This document shows, in pieces, positions 53,689-63,343 of a stretch of 64,000 nt of DNA. Origin of the DNA: an uncultured virus (IMG/VR IMGVR_UViG_3300008954_002234) (lineage: Duplodnaviria > Heunggongvirae > Uroviricota > Caudoviricetes); the IMG/VR virus record IMGVR_UViG_3300008954_002234. One strand, written 5' to 3'. The position numbers and the translations under genes are program-made. The first letter of the stretch is position 1, and every line of letters starts with the position of its first letter. The notes beneath the pieces are model-generated. The model made no database searches. It was not told the DNA's origin and worked only from the letters and a program-made list of their open reading frames with translations.

Positions 53689-54455
53689 TACGCTTTAGCT
53701 TGAGCCTCCTTCCAGCTTTGGAAACTAAACTCGCTAGAACACAAGTGATCGAAACGAGGATTATCCAAAGTGGTCCTATTGTTAATACAACGAAAAGTAA
53801 GATAAGCCTTGAAGTCGTCCCTGAGTTCATAATAGACAGACTTGACTGGGAGCGACTGAAATTTGTTTTCATGGCAATATGTTTCTACTTTCTTTTTAAT
53901 TATATAATCAAAGGGCATGTCGTTGTCCTCTGTAAAAAATATGGGTTTAGTGAAGTCAAATTTAGGAAAGCAAACAGCAAAGGTTAGCGAGTTCTTAAAA
54001 AGGAAAGAGTCATAAAATGGCACACAAAGCTGTAAGTCTTTATCGTCCCAAAAATCTTGAAGTACAGAAAAGTCTATTCTAGGTTGGTAGTAAAACCCGT
54101 CACACGCTGCATAGCTTGATATCTTAATTAGCTTCTTATAGCCTTCGTCATTCTTCGCTAGTATAACGAACTTAGACTCAGTATCTAATGATTCTTTGGA
54201 TTTATCTTTGCTGTCGTTGCAAACAGACACTCTGTAGCCAAAGACTAATTTTATGCCTGCATCAGTAAAGCTCTTGTAGGCTTCAAGGAAACCGTTCATC
54301 GTGTCCTCTACTAGAAAGACAGACTTTAGGTTGTTCCGCTTTGCGATTTCGACGATAGAAGAGGGATGGTTTTCACGCTTCTCTTCTGTGTCCTCTAAGG
54401 TGAGGATAGATCTGCCGATACTATAATGAGACTTAAATAAAGGAATAGAGTTCAT
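53688..54455 (-). CDS. Standalone PHP domain of DNA polymerase III alpha
   Basis: KSHYS..SIL, G.K.VFG, ILAKN..GY..L.KI.S, Y.PRID. Confidence 0.85.
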   Translation of the reverse strand: MNSIPLFKSHYSIGRSILTLEDTEEKRENHPSSIVEIAKRNNLKSVFLVEDTMNGFLEAYKSFTDAGIKLVFGYRVSVCNDSKDKSKESLDTESKFVILAKNDEGYKKLIKISSYAACDGFYYQPRIDFSVLQDFWDDKDLQLCVPFYDSFLFKNSLTFAVCFPKFDFTKPIFFTEDNDMPFDYIIKKKVETYCHENKFQSLPVKSVYYELRDDFKAYLTFRCINNRTTLDNPRFDHLCSSEFSFQSWKEAQAKA

Positions 54456-54496
54456 CCTGTAGCTTTAGCATACATCAAACTAAGGTTGAAGTCAAG

Positions 54497-55471
54497 TTAA
54501 AAATCTGAAAAATCAAATGCTGAAGAAGTGCCTGTTGACCCACTTATCCAAGCAGGGCATCCGCCGTAAGTCTGTTTGACTACGTCATGCTTGTCTCCCG
54601 CTGTTAAATCTTCTTTCTGGAAAGAACTTCTGTATATTTTACCTGACTCCTTGTCTACTAGGGCATAGAACTCAAATGGCTTTCTTGCGGGGCAAATCCA
54701 CTTGCCGGGCTTATCACTCCCGCATAGCCACCTGTATTTCCTCCCGTTCTTTGCGAGATTCTCTAGAGCTTTGTCTTCGTCGTAATTAGAAAGAAGATCA
54801 GCCAACTCTGTTAAAAACATCTCAAAACCTTCTAACTCATCCTCTGTGAGTTTTGGGGCGGCTTGCTCTGGGCTATCCGGAAACCTTAAAAATAAAAATT
54901 TAACATTTGGTATTACTCCATCCTTTTTAAATGTTGCTAGAGAATACATTAGTGCTTGGTAGTTTGCTTCTATCTCTTCTTTATTGAATTTAGATTTACT
55001 GCTCTTATAGTCCCAAATATCTATTTTATTTTTATAAAAAGCTTTTTTATCAATGAAGCCATTAATAATGAAGTTGTCCCCTTCTATTTCGAAATGCTCC
55101 TCTTCTTTAAGGCTTTTGCTTCCTTTACAGTAAAAATTATGATTAAGCCCTACATAAAGCATTTGGTAGATTAGCGCCAAATTGTCTTTATCGTTAACGC
55201 TGAGACGTCTGGCGTGTTTTTCCAATAGTCGATAAATTGGCTTACACCTAAGTATTGCCGTCGGATTTTTTTTAAGTTTATTAAAGTACTTCTTCTTGTG
55301 TCTTGATTTTAGTAGTAACTCAAATATTAAATGAACAATAGTCCCTCTAGACGCTCCGTCGTTTGTCGTGTCGGGGACTTTAAGAAAGTATTTAGAATAA
55401 AAAAGCCAACTACAAGTATCTAGCGTCTTGATTTTGCTTGCGCTAAGGCGTACTTTATCATTTTTAGACAT
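54497..55471 (-). CDS. PD-(D/E)XK (RecB/Cas4-like) exonuclease
   Basis: LSAS, RGTIVH, GFID..DYKS, Q..MY, dispersed Cys. Confidence 0.85.
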   Translation of the reverse strand: MSKNDKVRLSASKIKTLDTCSWLFYSKYFLKVPDTTNDGASRGTIVHLIFELLLKSRHKKKYFNKLKKNPTAILRCKPIYRLLEKHARRLSVNDKDNLALIYQMLYVGLNHNFYCKGSKSLKEEEHFEIEGDNFIINGFIDKKAFYKNKIDIWDYKSSKSKFNKEEIEANYQALMYSLATFKKDGVIPNVKFLFLRFPDSPEQAAPKLTEDELEGFEMFLTELADLLSNYDEDKALENLAKNGRKYRWLCGSDKPGKWICPARKPFEFYALVDKESGKIYRSSFQKEDLTAGDKHDVVKQTYGGCPAWISGSTGTSSAFDFSDF

Positions 55472-56408
55472 TAAAAAAGTTTTTTAAAAGAGAAGGTTCT
55501 TTAAGATGCATCTCATTAAAGTCGTTATATTTATTTGGCAACTTTATTGTTATCTGATCTTCATCAAAGAATTCCAATAATTTTTTTCTCGCTTGGTGAG
55601 CCCCTTTATTTCCTGCTCCATTATTTAAAGAGTCATTATTGAAGGATAGGAATATTTTATCTGGGTCTAGCCGTGTTAGTAAACTAAGTGTATCTGGCGA
55701 TAGGCTGACCCCAAAAATCACGATGCAGTTTTTGATACCGTGTTCCCAAAGGGAAAGCATATCCCCAATGCTTTCAACTAATATAACTTCTTTAGACTCT
55801 CTGATAAATTGATGATTAACAGCCAAGGGGAATCTCCATTTGGACTTATCTCCAATAAGCTTCCATTTGGGCCGGAAATATTTAGCGCTTTCTCCTTGGT
55901 CTGCATTTATGTCTCTGCCAGCAAAGCCTATGATTTGTTTTTTGTTATTAAATATTGGGAATACATATCTATAGGCCATCTTACCGATAAATGTAACACC
56001 CCCATTGAATAGCTTTAGGGTATCAGTTGATATGCCTCTTCTTTCCCAGTAAGTATGATTGCTCTCTAGTTTATGAAGTAGCTCGTTTTTAAATATTTTA
56101 GTCTGATGAACTTTTGGCTCTATCTTTCTAGTGCTTTGCTCTAGGTTAATGCCTTTGTTGGTCATCCATTTTAGAGTATCAGCTTTGGTCTTCAGCCTTA
56201 GGGTCAATCTAACTAGATCCTCAAGAGAGCCTCCTATATCCTCTCTAAAGTCTTTCCATACTCCGTCTGTCTTCCTTATGCTCAAAACTGTAGAACTACT
56301 AGAGTCTCTATATAGAGGTTTCGTTCTGAAATACTTGCCTTGATCGCTAAGGCTGTATCCAATATCAGTGAGTATATCTCGTATTTGGTCTGGGTCTAAA
56401 TCAGCCAT
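55464..56408 (-). CDS. dnaG: DNA primase (TOPRIM)
   Basis: Y..RGI, RYVFPI, GFAGR, LVES..D, NND. Confidence 0.85.
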   Translation of the reverse strand: MADLDPDQIRDILTDIGYSLSDQGKYFRTKPLYRDSSSSTVLSIRKTDGVWKDFREDIGGSLEDLVRLTLRLKTKADTLKWMTNKGINLEQSTRKIEPKVHQTKIFKNELLHKLESNHTYWERRGISTDTLKLFNGGVTFIGKMAYRYVFPIFNNKKQIIGFAGRDINADQGESAKYFRPKWKLIGDKSKWRFPLAVNHQFIRESKEVILVESIGDMLSLWEHGIKNCIVIFGVSLSPDTLSLLTRLDPDKIFLSFNNDSLNNGAGNKGAHQARKKLLEFFDEDQITIKLPNKYNDFNEMHLKEPSLLKNFFNV

Positions 56409-57873
56409 TTTCTAATAGGTTATCTCTGTCTGTCTCAGCATCATCTATGGTGGCTTGGAATGCTCCTGCTTCAATTACGTCCTCCAAGGTTCCTCTCTCT
56501 ACAACTTGGAAGTTTTCTATATTATAGTTTATGAAGTTTGGTATATATTTATATCTGTTTCCATGGGGGACTCTCACTAAATCGTGATGGCCTTGAGCCT
56601 CTCTTCCTTGGAATCTAGTTGCAAGGGGTATTAGCTTATGGGTTCCAAACGCGACGCCCTCTTCCGCTATCTCTTCTGGAGTCTTTCTCCTAAATATAGC
56701 TACAAAAGACGCAAACCACTGTAACCTGTCGGACTGAGCTATGGCGCTACTATCATCTATGCCGCTTTCTGCTGAGCGGTTCAGTTGGCAAGCTGTAAGC
56801 AAAGGCAGGTCAAGTTCTAGAGTTAGCTCTTTTAGGGAGTTTACTTTCTCTCCAATTAACTCGTATTCTTTTTTATTGAAATCCTTCTCCCCTGTGAGCT
56901 TAATATAGTCGTAGACTACAACGCAATTATTGCCTCTGCCCACCTCAGAATAATACCAACGCCTTATGATCGAGCATATCTCTTCTATAGGCTTACCTGC
57001 TACAGTCATGTGCTTTACCTTCTCTTGGGCTAGCTTAAGCTTCTCTTTATTTTCGTTGTATTTTTTGACCATTTCCTCGTTGCGCTTCCACATACCGGTT
57101 TCTAAATGCCAAACTGGTATGCCTAGTGCCGAAGAAGCAATTCTGAATTGAATGTCTACAGTAGACATCTCAGTGTCTAATATTAACGCTGGACAATTAT
57201 TCATAACAGACATTCTTGTCGCCAAGTGAGATAAGATGGTTGATTTTCCGTGCTTCGGACGACTCACCCAAGCGTATATGTTTCCTTTCCTTATACCTCC
57301 AAACATTCTGTCGAAATTCCTATATGGAGTCCTGAGGCCCATTTCTTCTTTTGGGTCATTAGCTCGTTCTTGTATTAAATCTTCTATGCCTCCGAAAAGA
57401 TCTTCTGGCTCATTTATTTTTGAGTAGGTTTGTATCTTCTCATTATATATTTGATCTGCGCTGCTTATTATTGAATCTGCGTCTTTATGTCCGTTAGTTT
57501 TTACGAAGGTCTTAAGCTTGTCTGCTGTCTCGTCTATATCTCTTCGTATTCTAATCTTACATAACTCTTTGCAGGACTCTATGACAGCGCTCTTTTTAAT
57601 TTGAGTAAAAGATATATCTTCTATATAGTTAAAAATATCTACTTCGCTTTTAAAGGAGACTCCTAAATTTTTAATCTGGTGAGCTAGCAGGGTTTTGTCT
57701 AGCTTTTTACCTGAAGAAAGGATATCTTTAATTGTGGAATAGATTATATAATGCTCTTTTGAAACAAAGTCAGAAGAATCTATGAATCTATCAACATCAA
57801 AAAAGACATCCGGGTACTTAATTAAGCCTCCTAGAACATGCCTTTCTATCTTAAGTGAAGAAATGTTTGACAT
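56401..57873 (-). CDS. dnaB: Replicative DNA helicase
   Basis: RPKHGKS, DTEM, DYI, QLNR. Confidence 0.92.
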   Translation of the reverse strand: MSNISSLKIERHVLGGLIKYPDVFFDVDRFIDSSDFVSKEHYIIYSTIKDILSSGKKLDKTLLAHQIKNLGVSFKSEVDIFNYIEDISFTQIKKSAVIESCKELCKIRIRRDIDETADKLKTFVKTNGHKDADSIISSADQIYNEKIQTYSKINEPEDLFGGIEDLIQERANDPKEEMGLRTPYRNFDRMFGGIRKGNIYAWVSRPKHGKSTILSHLATRMSVMNNCPALILDTEMSTVDIQFRIASSALGIPVWHLETGMWKRNEEMVKKYNENKEKLKLAQEKVKHMTVAGKPIEEICSIIRRWYYSEVGRGNNCVVVYDYIKLTGEKDFNKKEYELIGEKVNSLKELTLELDLPLLTACQLNRSAESGIDDSSAIAQSDRLQWFASFVAIFRRKTPEEIAEEGVAFGTHKLIPLATRFQGREAQGHHDLVRVPHGNRYKYIPNFINYNIENFQVVERGTLEDVIEAGAFQATIDDAETDRDNLLENG

Positions 57874-57908
57874 CCAGTTTCTATTGTAAGCTAAACTAGG
57901 TCAAAAAG

Positions 57909-58214
57909 TCAAGAAGAAAAACTTTCGTCGTCGTCGTCTAAATCGTGCCAGCCTTCCTCTAAATCGTCTTCGTCTGGCATATCAGAGCCACAAAGCTGCT
58001 GCTTTATGTTATTAGAATTAATGTCATGCACTCCTTCGAGCCAATACTCTGCTGCTTTCTGTAGCGCCATCATGTTTAATTCATTATCAAATTGAGCATA
58101 GAATCTAGGAGAACCTTTGTCGTCAAAGGAAAAGAGTAAGAATCCTCCGTAGGAAAACTCGTTTAGTTGCTGCAGTAGGTTAGATGGTATGTTAAATCTT
58201 TCAAATTCCTGCAT
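57909..58214 (-). CDS. Hypothetical protein with acidic tail
   Basis: AGTGTAAT motif 7 nt upstream of ATG. Confidence 0.65.
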   Translation of the reverse strand: MQEFERFNIPSNLLQQLNEFSYGGFLLFSFDDKGSPRFYAQFDNELNMMALQKAAEYWLEGVHDINSNNIKQQLCGSDMPDEDDLEEGWHDLDDDDESFSS

Positions 58215-58227
58215 ACGTTTAATTACA

Positions 58228-58644
58228 CTATAAATCCACTTTAAATTTTTTTTTAAAAAACTGTTTTGATAGAGAATCTACTTCGTCGTGGTTTATTTCT
58301 ATTAGGTTATAGTCGTTTTGCTCTAACCATTCTAACTTTTTAAAGTCTCTATTAATGGATTTTAGGTAATTAACTCTAGAATTTGCGTGAAAAAACTTAT
58401 TGAAGTTGCCATGTTGAGCGCCATTTACTTCTATAGCGATCTTTTTTGTAGCATTGAGGATGTCTACTTTCATTCTACTGCCATAAACAGGGAATTCCTC
58501 GTAGACAATACAGTTTTCCCAATATTTTTTTAAAAACTGCTTAACGTCAAATTGAAGCCTTGACCTACTCTTCCCATCCCATTTTATTAAATATTTATTA
58601 ACAGCTCTATTTTCGAGGCGTCCGTATATATTATAAAGCCTCAC
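58228..58644 (-). CDS. DUF559/Vsr-like PD-(D/E)XK endonuclease
   Basis: EEFP..VD..AIEVNG.QH..RD..K; GTG start coupled to the upstream stop. Confidence 0.75.
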   Translation of the reverse strand: MRLYNIYGRLENRAVNKYLIKWDGKSRSRLQFDVKQFLKKYWENCIVYEEFPVYGSRMKVDILNATKKIAIEVNGAQHGNFNKFFHANSRVNYLKSINRDFKKLEWLEQNDYNLIEINHDEVDSLSKQFFKKKFKVDL

Positions 58645-58913
58645 GAAAGCAGCTGATTTACTTGGGACTCTAGCTTCTTGAGGCGAGACACAAGCTCGCC
58701 GTCTTTTGAGCATGATCGTTTTGTCATGGAGAAGTTGTTTTTGATTCTCTCACGCAACATGTGAATCGCGGCCTGCCTATTTGAGGCAATAGATAGCTTA
58801 CGGCTGCGAGTCATCTTGGCTTTAGCTTTCCTCTCCGCTTTCCGCTTTGAATGTTTTGTCTTCATTTTATCTTCTCTAAAGTAAGCAAATCCGTCACTGT
58901 CTTCATATCTCAT
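58641..58913 (-). CDS. Hypothetical basic protein
   Basis: ORF track. Confidence 0.5.
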   Translation of the reverse strand: MRYEDSDGFAYFREDKMKTKHSKRKAERKAKAKMTRSRKLSIASNRQAAIHMLRERIKNNFSMTKRSCSKDGELVSRLKKLESQVNQLLS

Positions 58914-58928
58914 ATTAAATTAAAAAAA

Positions 58929-59128
58929 TGGTGGTTGGATTAATTGTTTACCAACACCTTTTCGGACCCCGAGAAACAATGTTTCAGGTCGACCTACTTC
59001 GGACTCAACCGCGTTTTGCTCTGCCACTTGGCCGTCCGCTACTCCGCAGTCGCTACGTTATCCCCTTGGGAGGGATTGTTCCGCCACACCGCCTCACTCC
59101 GTCGAGAGAGGAAATTCTTGCTAACGTT
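58929..59128 (-). ncRNA. Candidate structured RNA of about 200 nt ending in ACCA
   Basis: Own TTGACA-17-TAGTAT promoter (59162-59134), GC-rich hairpins, 3' GTTGG..CCAAC-CACCA followed by T7. Confidence 0.55.
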
Positions 59129-59158
59129 CTTTTATACTAACATAAGCTTGAATCCATG

Positions 59159-60295
59159 TCAAGCTAAAGTTTCTTTAAACATTTTATAAAAGTAATTAGT
59201 AGCTTCGGGGTTCTCTTCTAAATAATTAAACAAACCATTCTTGCCTTGAAACTTGTCTGGTATGTTTATCTTGTTATCTTTTAGTTGTTGAACTATTTCT
59301 TCTGAAACTTTTATCCATGCTCCGGATTTAGTAACAAACTCATATTGCAGAAGAAGGTCAACAATTTCTAGCTCCTTCCAAATGCTAGTGCCGCCTTTTC
59401 TGCCTCGTTTGATTGGGTATGAGATAACAACATTTGTCTTCTCATTGGGAGATTTTTTCACCGTAACTTTCGACCATTGGCCTAATATCTTATTTGCTAC
59501 TCTGTCTGGTGCTTTTTTGTCATCCTCAAGAATATAGTCTTTTTTATAACGAGCCTCAAACTCAAGGATCCAATTAGCAAAGTGCAACAATGCGTTACCT
59601 CCTGTTGCTGAGGTTTGCCTAACGGGGGCTTTTGAGTATGGATCTAGCTGAATATCTGCTCTAACCTGACTAACAAAAATAGCCATATGCCCTCTCTTTG
59701 TGAGTGCGGTAGCCACCTTCTTCATGAAGACAGAGCTTATAGTAGCGCCACCAGCAACCTTAGTTGCGTCGTCAAGAGCTTTTTCGCTGTCGCTTTTAGT
59801 CTGTAGGCCATCTACTGAGTCGAGTATGAAGAGGTACTTTTTGCCCTCTTCATTGAATTGAATCATCATCTTCATCATATCAAAGACCGACTCATAAATG
59901 TTGCTCTCATATATAAAGCAAGTTCCATCTTTCCAATTTTCTGGTTGTCGTGTGTCTATGAACTCAACTCCAGAGCGCTCCCTCATCTCGGGGCTGAGTC
60001 TTCCTTCGCATTTGAAATAAACAGCTCTTGAGTTTGGCATCTTAAGAAAATGCCTTGCGACTTCTAGAGCCTCAGATGTCTTACCTCCTTCGTTAATCCC
60101 ACAAAAACGATGCAGTCCGGGGCCGAGCCCGCCGCCTGTCTCAATGTCAAGTGTGAGCGAGCCAGTGGATACTTTGTACTCAATGGTTTCTTCGTAATTG
60201 TAGTGGTCTTCTTTATGCGTCTTTAGGAATGATGATAATTGCTCCGACGCAGTTAAAACATTATCCTCACTTATTTTCTTCTTCTTTGCTGCCAT
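59159..60295 (-). CDS. recA: RecA/UvsX recombinase
   Basis: STGSLTLD..GGG, G.NEGGKT, ILDSV, SQVR, GGNAL.H, GAW. Confidence 0.92.
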   Translation of the reverse strand: MAAKKKKISEDNVLTASEQLSSFLKTHKEDHYNYEETIEYKVSTGSLTLDIETGGGLGPGLHRFCGINEGGKTSEALEVARHFLKMPNSRAVYFKCEGRLSPEMRERSGVEFIDTRQPENWKDGTCFIYESNIYESVFDMMKMMIQFNEEGKKYLFILDSVDGLQTKSDSEKALDDATKVAGGATISSVFMKKVATALTKRGHMAIFVSQVRADIQLDPYSKAPVRQTSATGGNALLHFANWILEFEARYKKDYILEDDKKAPDRVANKILGQWSKVTVKKSPNEKTNVVISYPIKRGRKGGTSIWKELEIVDLLLQYEFVTKSGAWIKVSEEIVQQLKDNKINIPDKFQGKNGLFNYLEENPEATNYFYKMFKETLA

Positions 60296-60638
60296 CTCTT
60301 AAAAAATCAATTAAAGTCTTTGGTTTCTTATTTATCTCTACTTTTTCTATTCTTAGCTCTTTATCTAGTATAGCATGTTCTTTTCTGAAGTCAAGCTCTG
60401 AAAGCTTTTTCTGCTTTTTTAAATATCTTTTGTACTTTTCAGTGGTAAATTGGAGTAAACTACCCATTTTAAAGTCAGGCTGCAGGTCTTTAAACACATC
60501 TTCTCCGTGCTCTTTAACTAAACCTATGGCAATGTTTATCTCGGAACTCCAGCGAGCATTTACAGGGTCTTCCAGAAACTTCCAAACCATGTATTGGTAA
60601 ATAGTGTGAATCTCGGGTTCGTGCGCTTCTTCTTCCAT
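60267..60638 (-). CDS. Hypothetical protein
   Basis: Start placed at MEEEAH. Confidence 0.55.
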   Translation of the reverse strand: MEEEAHEPEIHTIYQYMVWKFLEDPVNARWSSEINIAIGLVKEHGEDVFKDLQPDFKMGSLLQFTTEKYKRYLKKQKKLSELDFRKEHAILDKELRIEKVEINKKPKTLIDFLRDGSKEEENK

Positions 60639-60657
60639 AATGTCTTCATCTCTTATA

Positions 60658-61566
60658 TTAGACTGGTCTAAGCTTAGAGTCAAGAGTTTTCTTGTTAATG
60701 TGTTCAGCGTACTCTGGTTTAAGGGAATATAATTCAGTTTCTTTATTGTAGATCCAGTATTTCTCTTTGCGATATCTCATCACAGCGCACCTTTCAGTGG
60801 GGCCACAGCTATCAACATCCATATTCAATACATACCTTATTTCGTGGCCAAGCCTCTCTATTTCTTTCAGTTGGTTTCTTGCGGTTACATGAATACTGCC
60901 GGGGTACGGTTGCCCATAGAAAATATAAGGCTCAACTGCTCGGATATTATCATAGACTATCGTGTCTGCTCCTTTTTTCATTTCGAGATAAATCTCTGAA
61001 AATTTGTCCATCTTCTCTGAGTCTGAAAAAAACCAAAGGTCGGGAGACTTCTCTTCGTACATGCTAGTATTCGCTCCCATAAAGTTGCTCCACGGTAAAT
61101 AAAAATATTTATTGTCATAGTTAGAAAAAATTACATCTTCAAAGGACAAATAATCAGGGCGAGACAAATAAACCCAATCGTATTTAAAGTTGTTCTCTTT
61201 TTCGTATTTGGCTTTCAAGGCTACGCTTTTGTATGCAGAGTACCATCTACTCCAGCATGCTTGGGCCTGTTTTTTTGCGCCCTCTAGTGGATACTGGGTT
61301 GCTTTGCTTGAGGTTTCGCAGTATTTATCTAGGCTAAAATCAAAGTAAGGCTCTACTTCATATTTTTTAGGTTGATAAAGGTTTATAGTTCTCTCATCAA
61401 ACTCAGGGTCTCTTGTGTGGAGAAACACGTCAACATTATCGTTCTTATTAATTAGATGATGTTTATATTGCCTCCAGCCTAAATGAGGGTCCAAGTTGTC
61501 GCCGCCATTGGCCCATTGAGAGGACTTTTTTCCCTGCATTCCGTGTAGGCATAAAGCTACTCTCAT
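60658..61566 (-). CDS. Putative glycan-modifying protein
   Basis: MRVALCLHG, VDVFLHT, YDWV..SRPD; lies in the sugar operon. Confidence 0.55.
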   Translation of the reverse strand: MRVALCLHGMQGKKSSQWANGGDNLDPHLGWRQYKHHLINKNDNVDVFLHTRDPEFDERTINLYQPKKYEVEPYFDFSLDKYCETSSKATQYPLEGAKKQAQACWSRWYSAYKSVALKAKYEKENNFKYDWVYLSRPDYLSFEDVIFSNYDNKYFYLPWSNFMGANTSMYEEKSPDLWFFSDSEKMDKFSEIYLEMKKGADTIVYDNIRAVEPYIFYGQPYPGSIHVTARNQLKEIERLGHEIRYVLNMDVDSCGPTERCAVMRYRKEKYWIYNKETELYSLKPEYAEHINKKTLDSKLRPV

Positions 61567-62597
61567 ATATGCTCTTTTAGGTCTTTGTCAACCATGTCTT
61601 CGATCATTTTCTCGAACGATATTTGTCTTTTCCATCCTAACTCTTCTTCGGCTAGAGTTGGGTCTCCGTGAAGAAGCTCAACTTCTGCTGGCCTAAACCA
61701 TCTCTCATCAATCTCAGCCATAACAGTATTCTCTTGGAAAAGCCTGAACTTTGCATCAAGACCTTCCCCGCTCCAGAGGCCGGGTATGGATGCTGCGTTG
61801 AAGGCTTTGATTACAAAATCTTTGACTGAGTGAGTCTCTCCGCTAGCTAAAACATAATCCTTGGGCTTGTCTTGGTTAAGCATTAGCCAAATGCCTCTCA
61901 TAAAGTCTCTGCTGTCACTCCAATCTCGACGCGAGTCAATGTTCCCGAGCTTAAGTGGCTCAAACTTTTGACCGTTCTTTAGTTTATGAGAAATCTCTGC
62001 CACCTTCTTGGTGATCTTTCTGGTCACAAACTCACAGCCTCTCCTAGGTCCTTCGTGGTTAAATAAAATAGAATGAACGGCGTATATATCATAAGACTCT
62101 CTGTAAACTTTAACTAAATGTCTTGCTGCCGCTTTTGAAGCCCCGTAAGGGCTTCTTGGCTTAATGGGATGCTTAATATCTTGAGGACTATAATCTACAT
62201 CACCAAGCTCTTCAGAGGAGCCAGCGCTGTAAAATCGACAGTCTGGCTTATGTTTTTTAATTGCCTCTAAGCATCGAATAACGCCACAAGCATTTATGTC
62301 AAAAACGCTTAGGGGTGTATCCCAGCTAACTCCAACATAAGAGTTTGCCCCAAAATTAATAAGGTAATCTGGCTGAATCCTCATAACCAAATCACTTATG
62401 CTGGCAGAGTCTGTCAAATCTCCGTCTACGAGGGTGAATCTATCGTGAGCTATAAAGCTCTTTATGTTATTAAGGTTCGGCGTGCCAGAGCGGCGCTGCA
62501 TTCCGTAAACTAGATTGTCCGTGTTGTCGAGGAGATATTCTGCCATGTTTGAACCATCTTGGCCAAGAACACCAGTAATTAATACTTTTTTACTCAT
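61563..62597 (-). CDS. gmd: GDP-mannose 4,6-dehydratase
   Basis: ITGV.GQDGS, PRSPYGASK, LFNHEGPRRG.EFVTRKI, LGNIDSRRDW, FRPAEV. Confidence 0.96.
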   Translation of the reverse strand: MSKKVLITGVLGQDGSNMAEYLLDNTDNLVYGMQRRSGTPNLNNIKSFIAHDRFTLVDGDLTDSASISDLVMRIQPDYLINFGANSYVGVSWDTPLSVFDINACGVIRCLEAIKKHKPDCRFYSAGSSEELGDVDYSPQDIKHPIKPRSPYGASKAAARHLVKVYRESYDIYAVHSILFNHEGPRRGCEFVTRKITKKVAEISHKLKNGQKFEPLKLGNIDSRRDWSDSRDFMRGIWLMLNQDKPKDYVLASGETHSVKDFVIKAFNAASIPGLWSGEGLDAKFRLFQENTVMAEIDERWFRPAEVELLHGDPTLAEEELGWKRQISFEKMIEDMVDKDLKEHI

Positions 62598-62956
62598 ATA
62601 TCTAAATTCCTTATCCCTTTATTTCTCTCTACATTAAAAGCAAAAGCTGTCAGTGTGCCATTAGGCTTTTTGTCATTTACTAAACATCTCGCTCCTCCTC
62701 CTACTCCCATAATTAGCTGATCATAGAAAATGTTCATTTCGTGTAACTGTTTTTCAGTAAAAGCTCTCGAGCTCTCTTTCCTGCCCGTGATTAACACTAG
62801 GTTATAACCTTTACCCTCCCATTCGTCAATCTTTTCTATTGTACCGTCAAGCGGCAGATCTCCTGTTTTGTATTCACTAGTTGCCTTCGATAGAGTTCCT
62901 TTATGCTCTATGAGAGTTCCATCAATATCTAATATAATTGTTTTTGTTGGTGACAT
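62594..62956 (-). CDS. HAD-superfamily (capsule biosynthesis phosphatase-like) protein
   Basis: ILDIDGT, ITGR, LVNDKKP; similar to 45629..46102. Confidence 0.75.
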   Translation of the reverse strand: MSPTKTIILDIDGTLIEHKGTLSKATSEYKTGDLPLDGTIEKIDEWEGKGYNLVLITGRKESSRAFTEKQLHEMNIFYDQLIMGVGGGARCLVNDKKPNGTLTAFAFNVERNKGIRNLDI

Positions 62957-63015
62957 TTTATTATCTTTCTGCTCTGTAATCTCCTCTGTGCTTTAAGCAA
63001 TATCTAATATTAATT

Positions 63016-63267
63016 TTATTGTGTTTTGCAACTGGCATGAAGTTTTAAAAAGTCCCCTTCTTTCATGAGGATTTTTTCTACTACTCCTTCGTTGTTCTCT
63101 AACCAAATCTCGGCTTTCCCTTTAATTATGTAGTTGGTTTCTTTTTTATAATTATGATATTGATAGCTAGTCTTGGTGCCTGCGTTGATGTATATTCTTT
63201 TATAGCAATACTTATCGTTAAGCTCTAGCCATTCCTCTTTGCCCCATGGTTTGTAAATTGTTTTCAT
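63016..63267 (-). pseudogene. Truncated cupin
   Basis: KPWGKE, SYQYH..K.ET present; second cupin motif (HR..EVST) missing. Confidence 0.5.
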
Positions 63268-63343
63268 ATATTCTCAAAAACTGCTATTAGTTCTGGTTCG
63301 TTACTGGTCAGTCTTCCTGAAGACAGCAAGCAGTTATATTGTA

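Noticed and set aside
54497..55471. Cas4 as evidence of a CRISPR system
   Set aside because: It lies in the replication operon next to the primase, as is typical for phage PD-(D/E)XK exonucleases.
58928..59189. Two + strand ORFs of 70 and 81 aa
   Set aside because: They oppose the local gene direction, have no recognisable features and overlap a - strand promoter and candidate RNA.
47851..60295. Inteins or group I introns in nrdJ, dnaE, dnaB or recA
   Set aside because: Protein lengths are ordinary and no splice-junction motifs were recognised.
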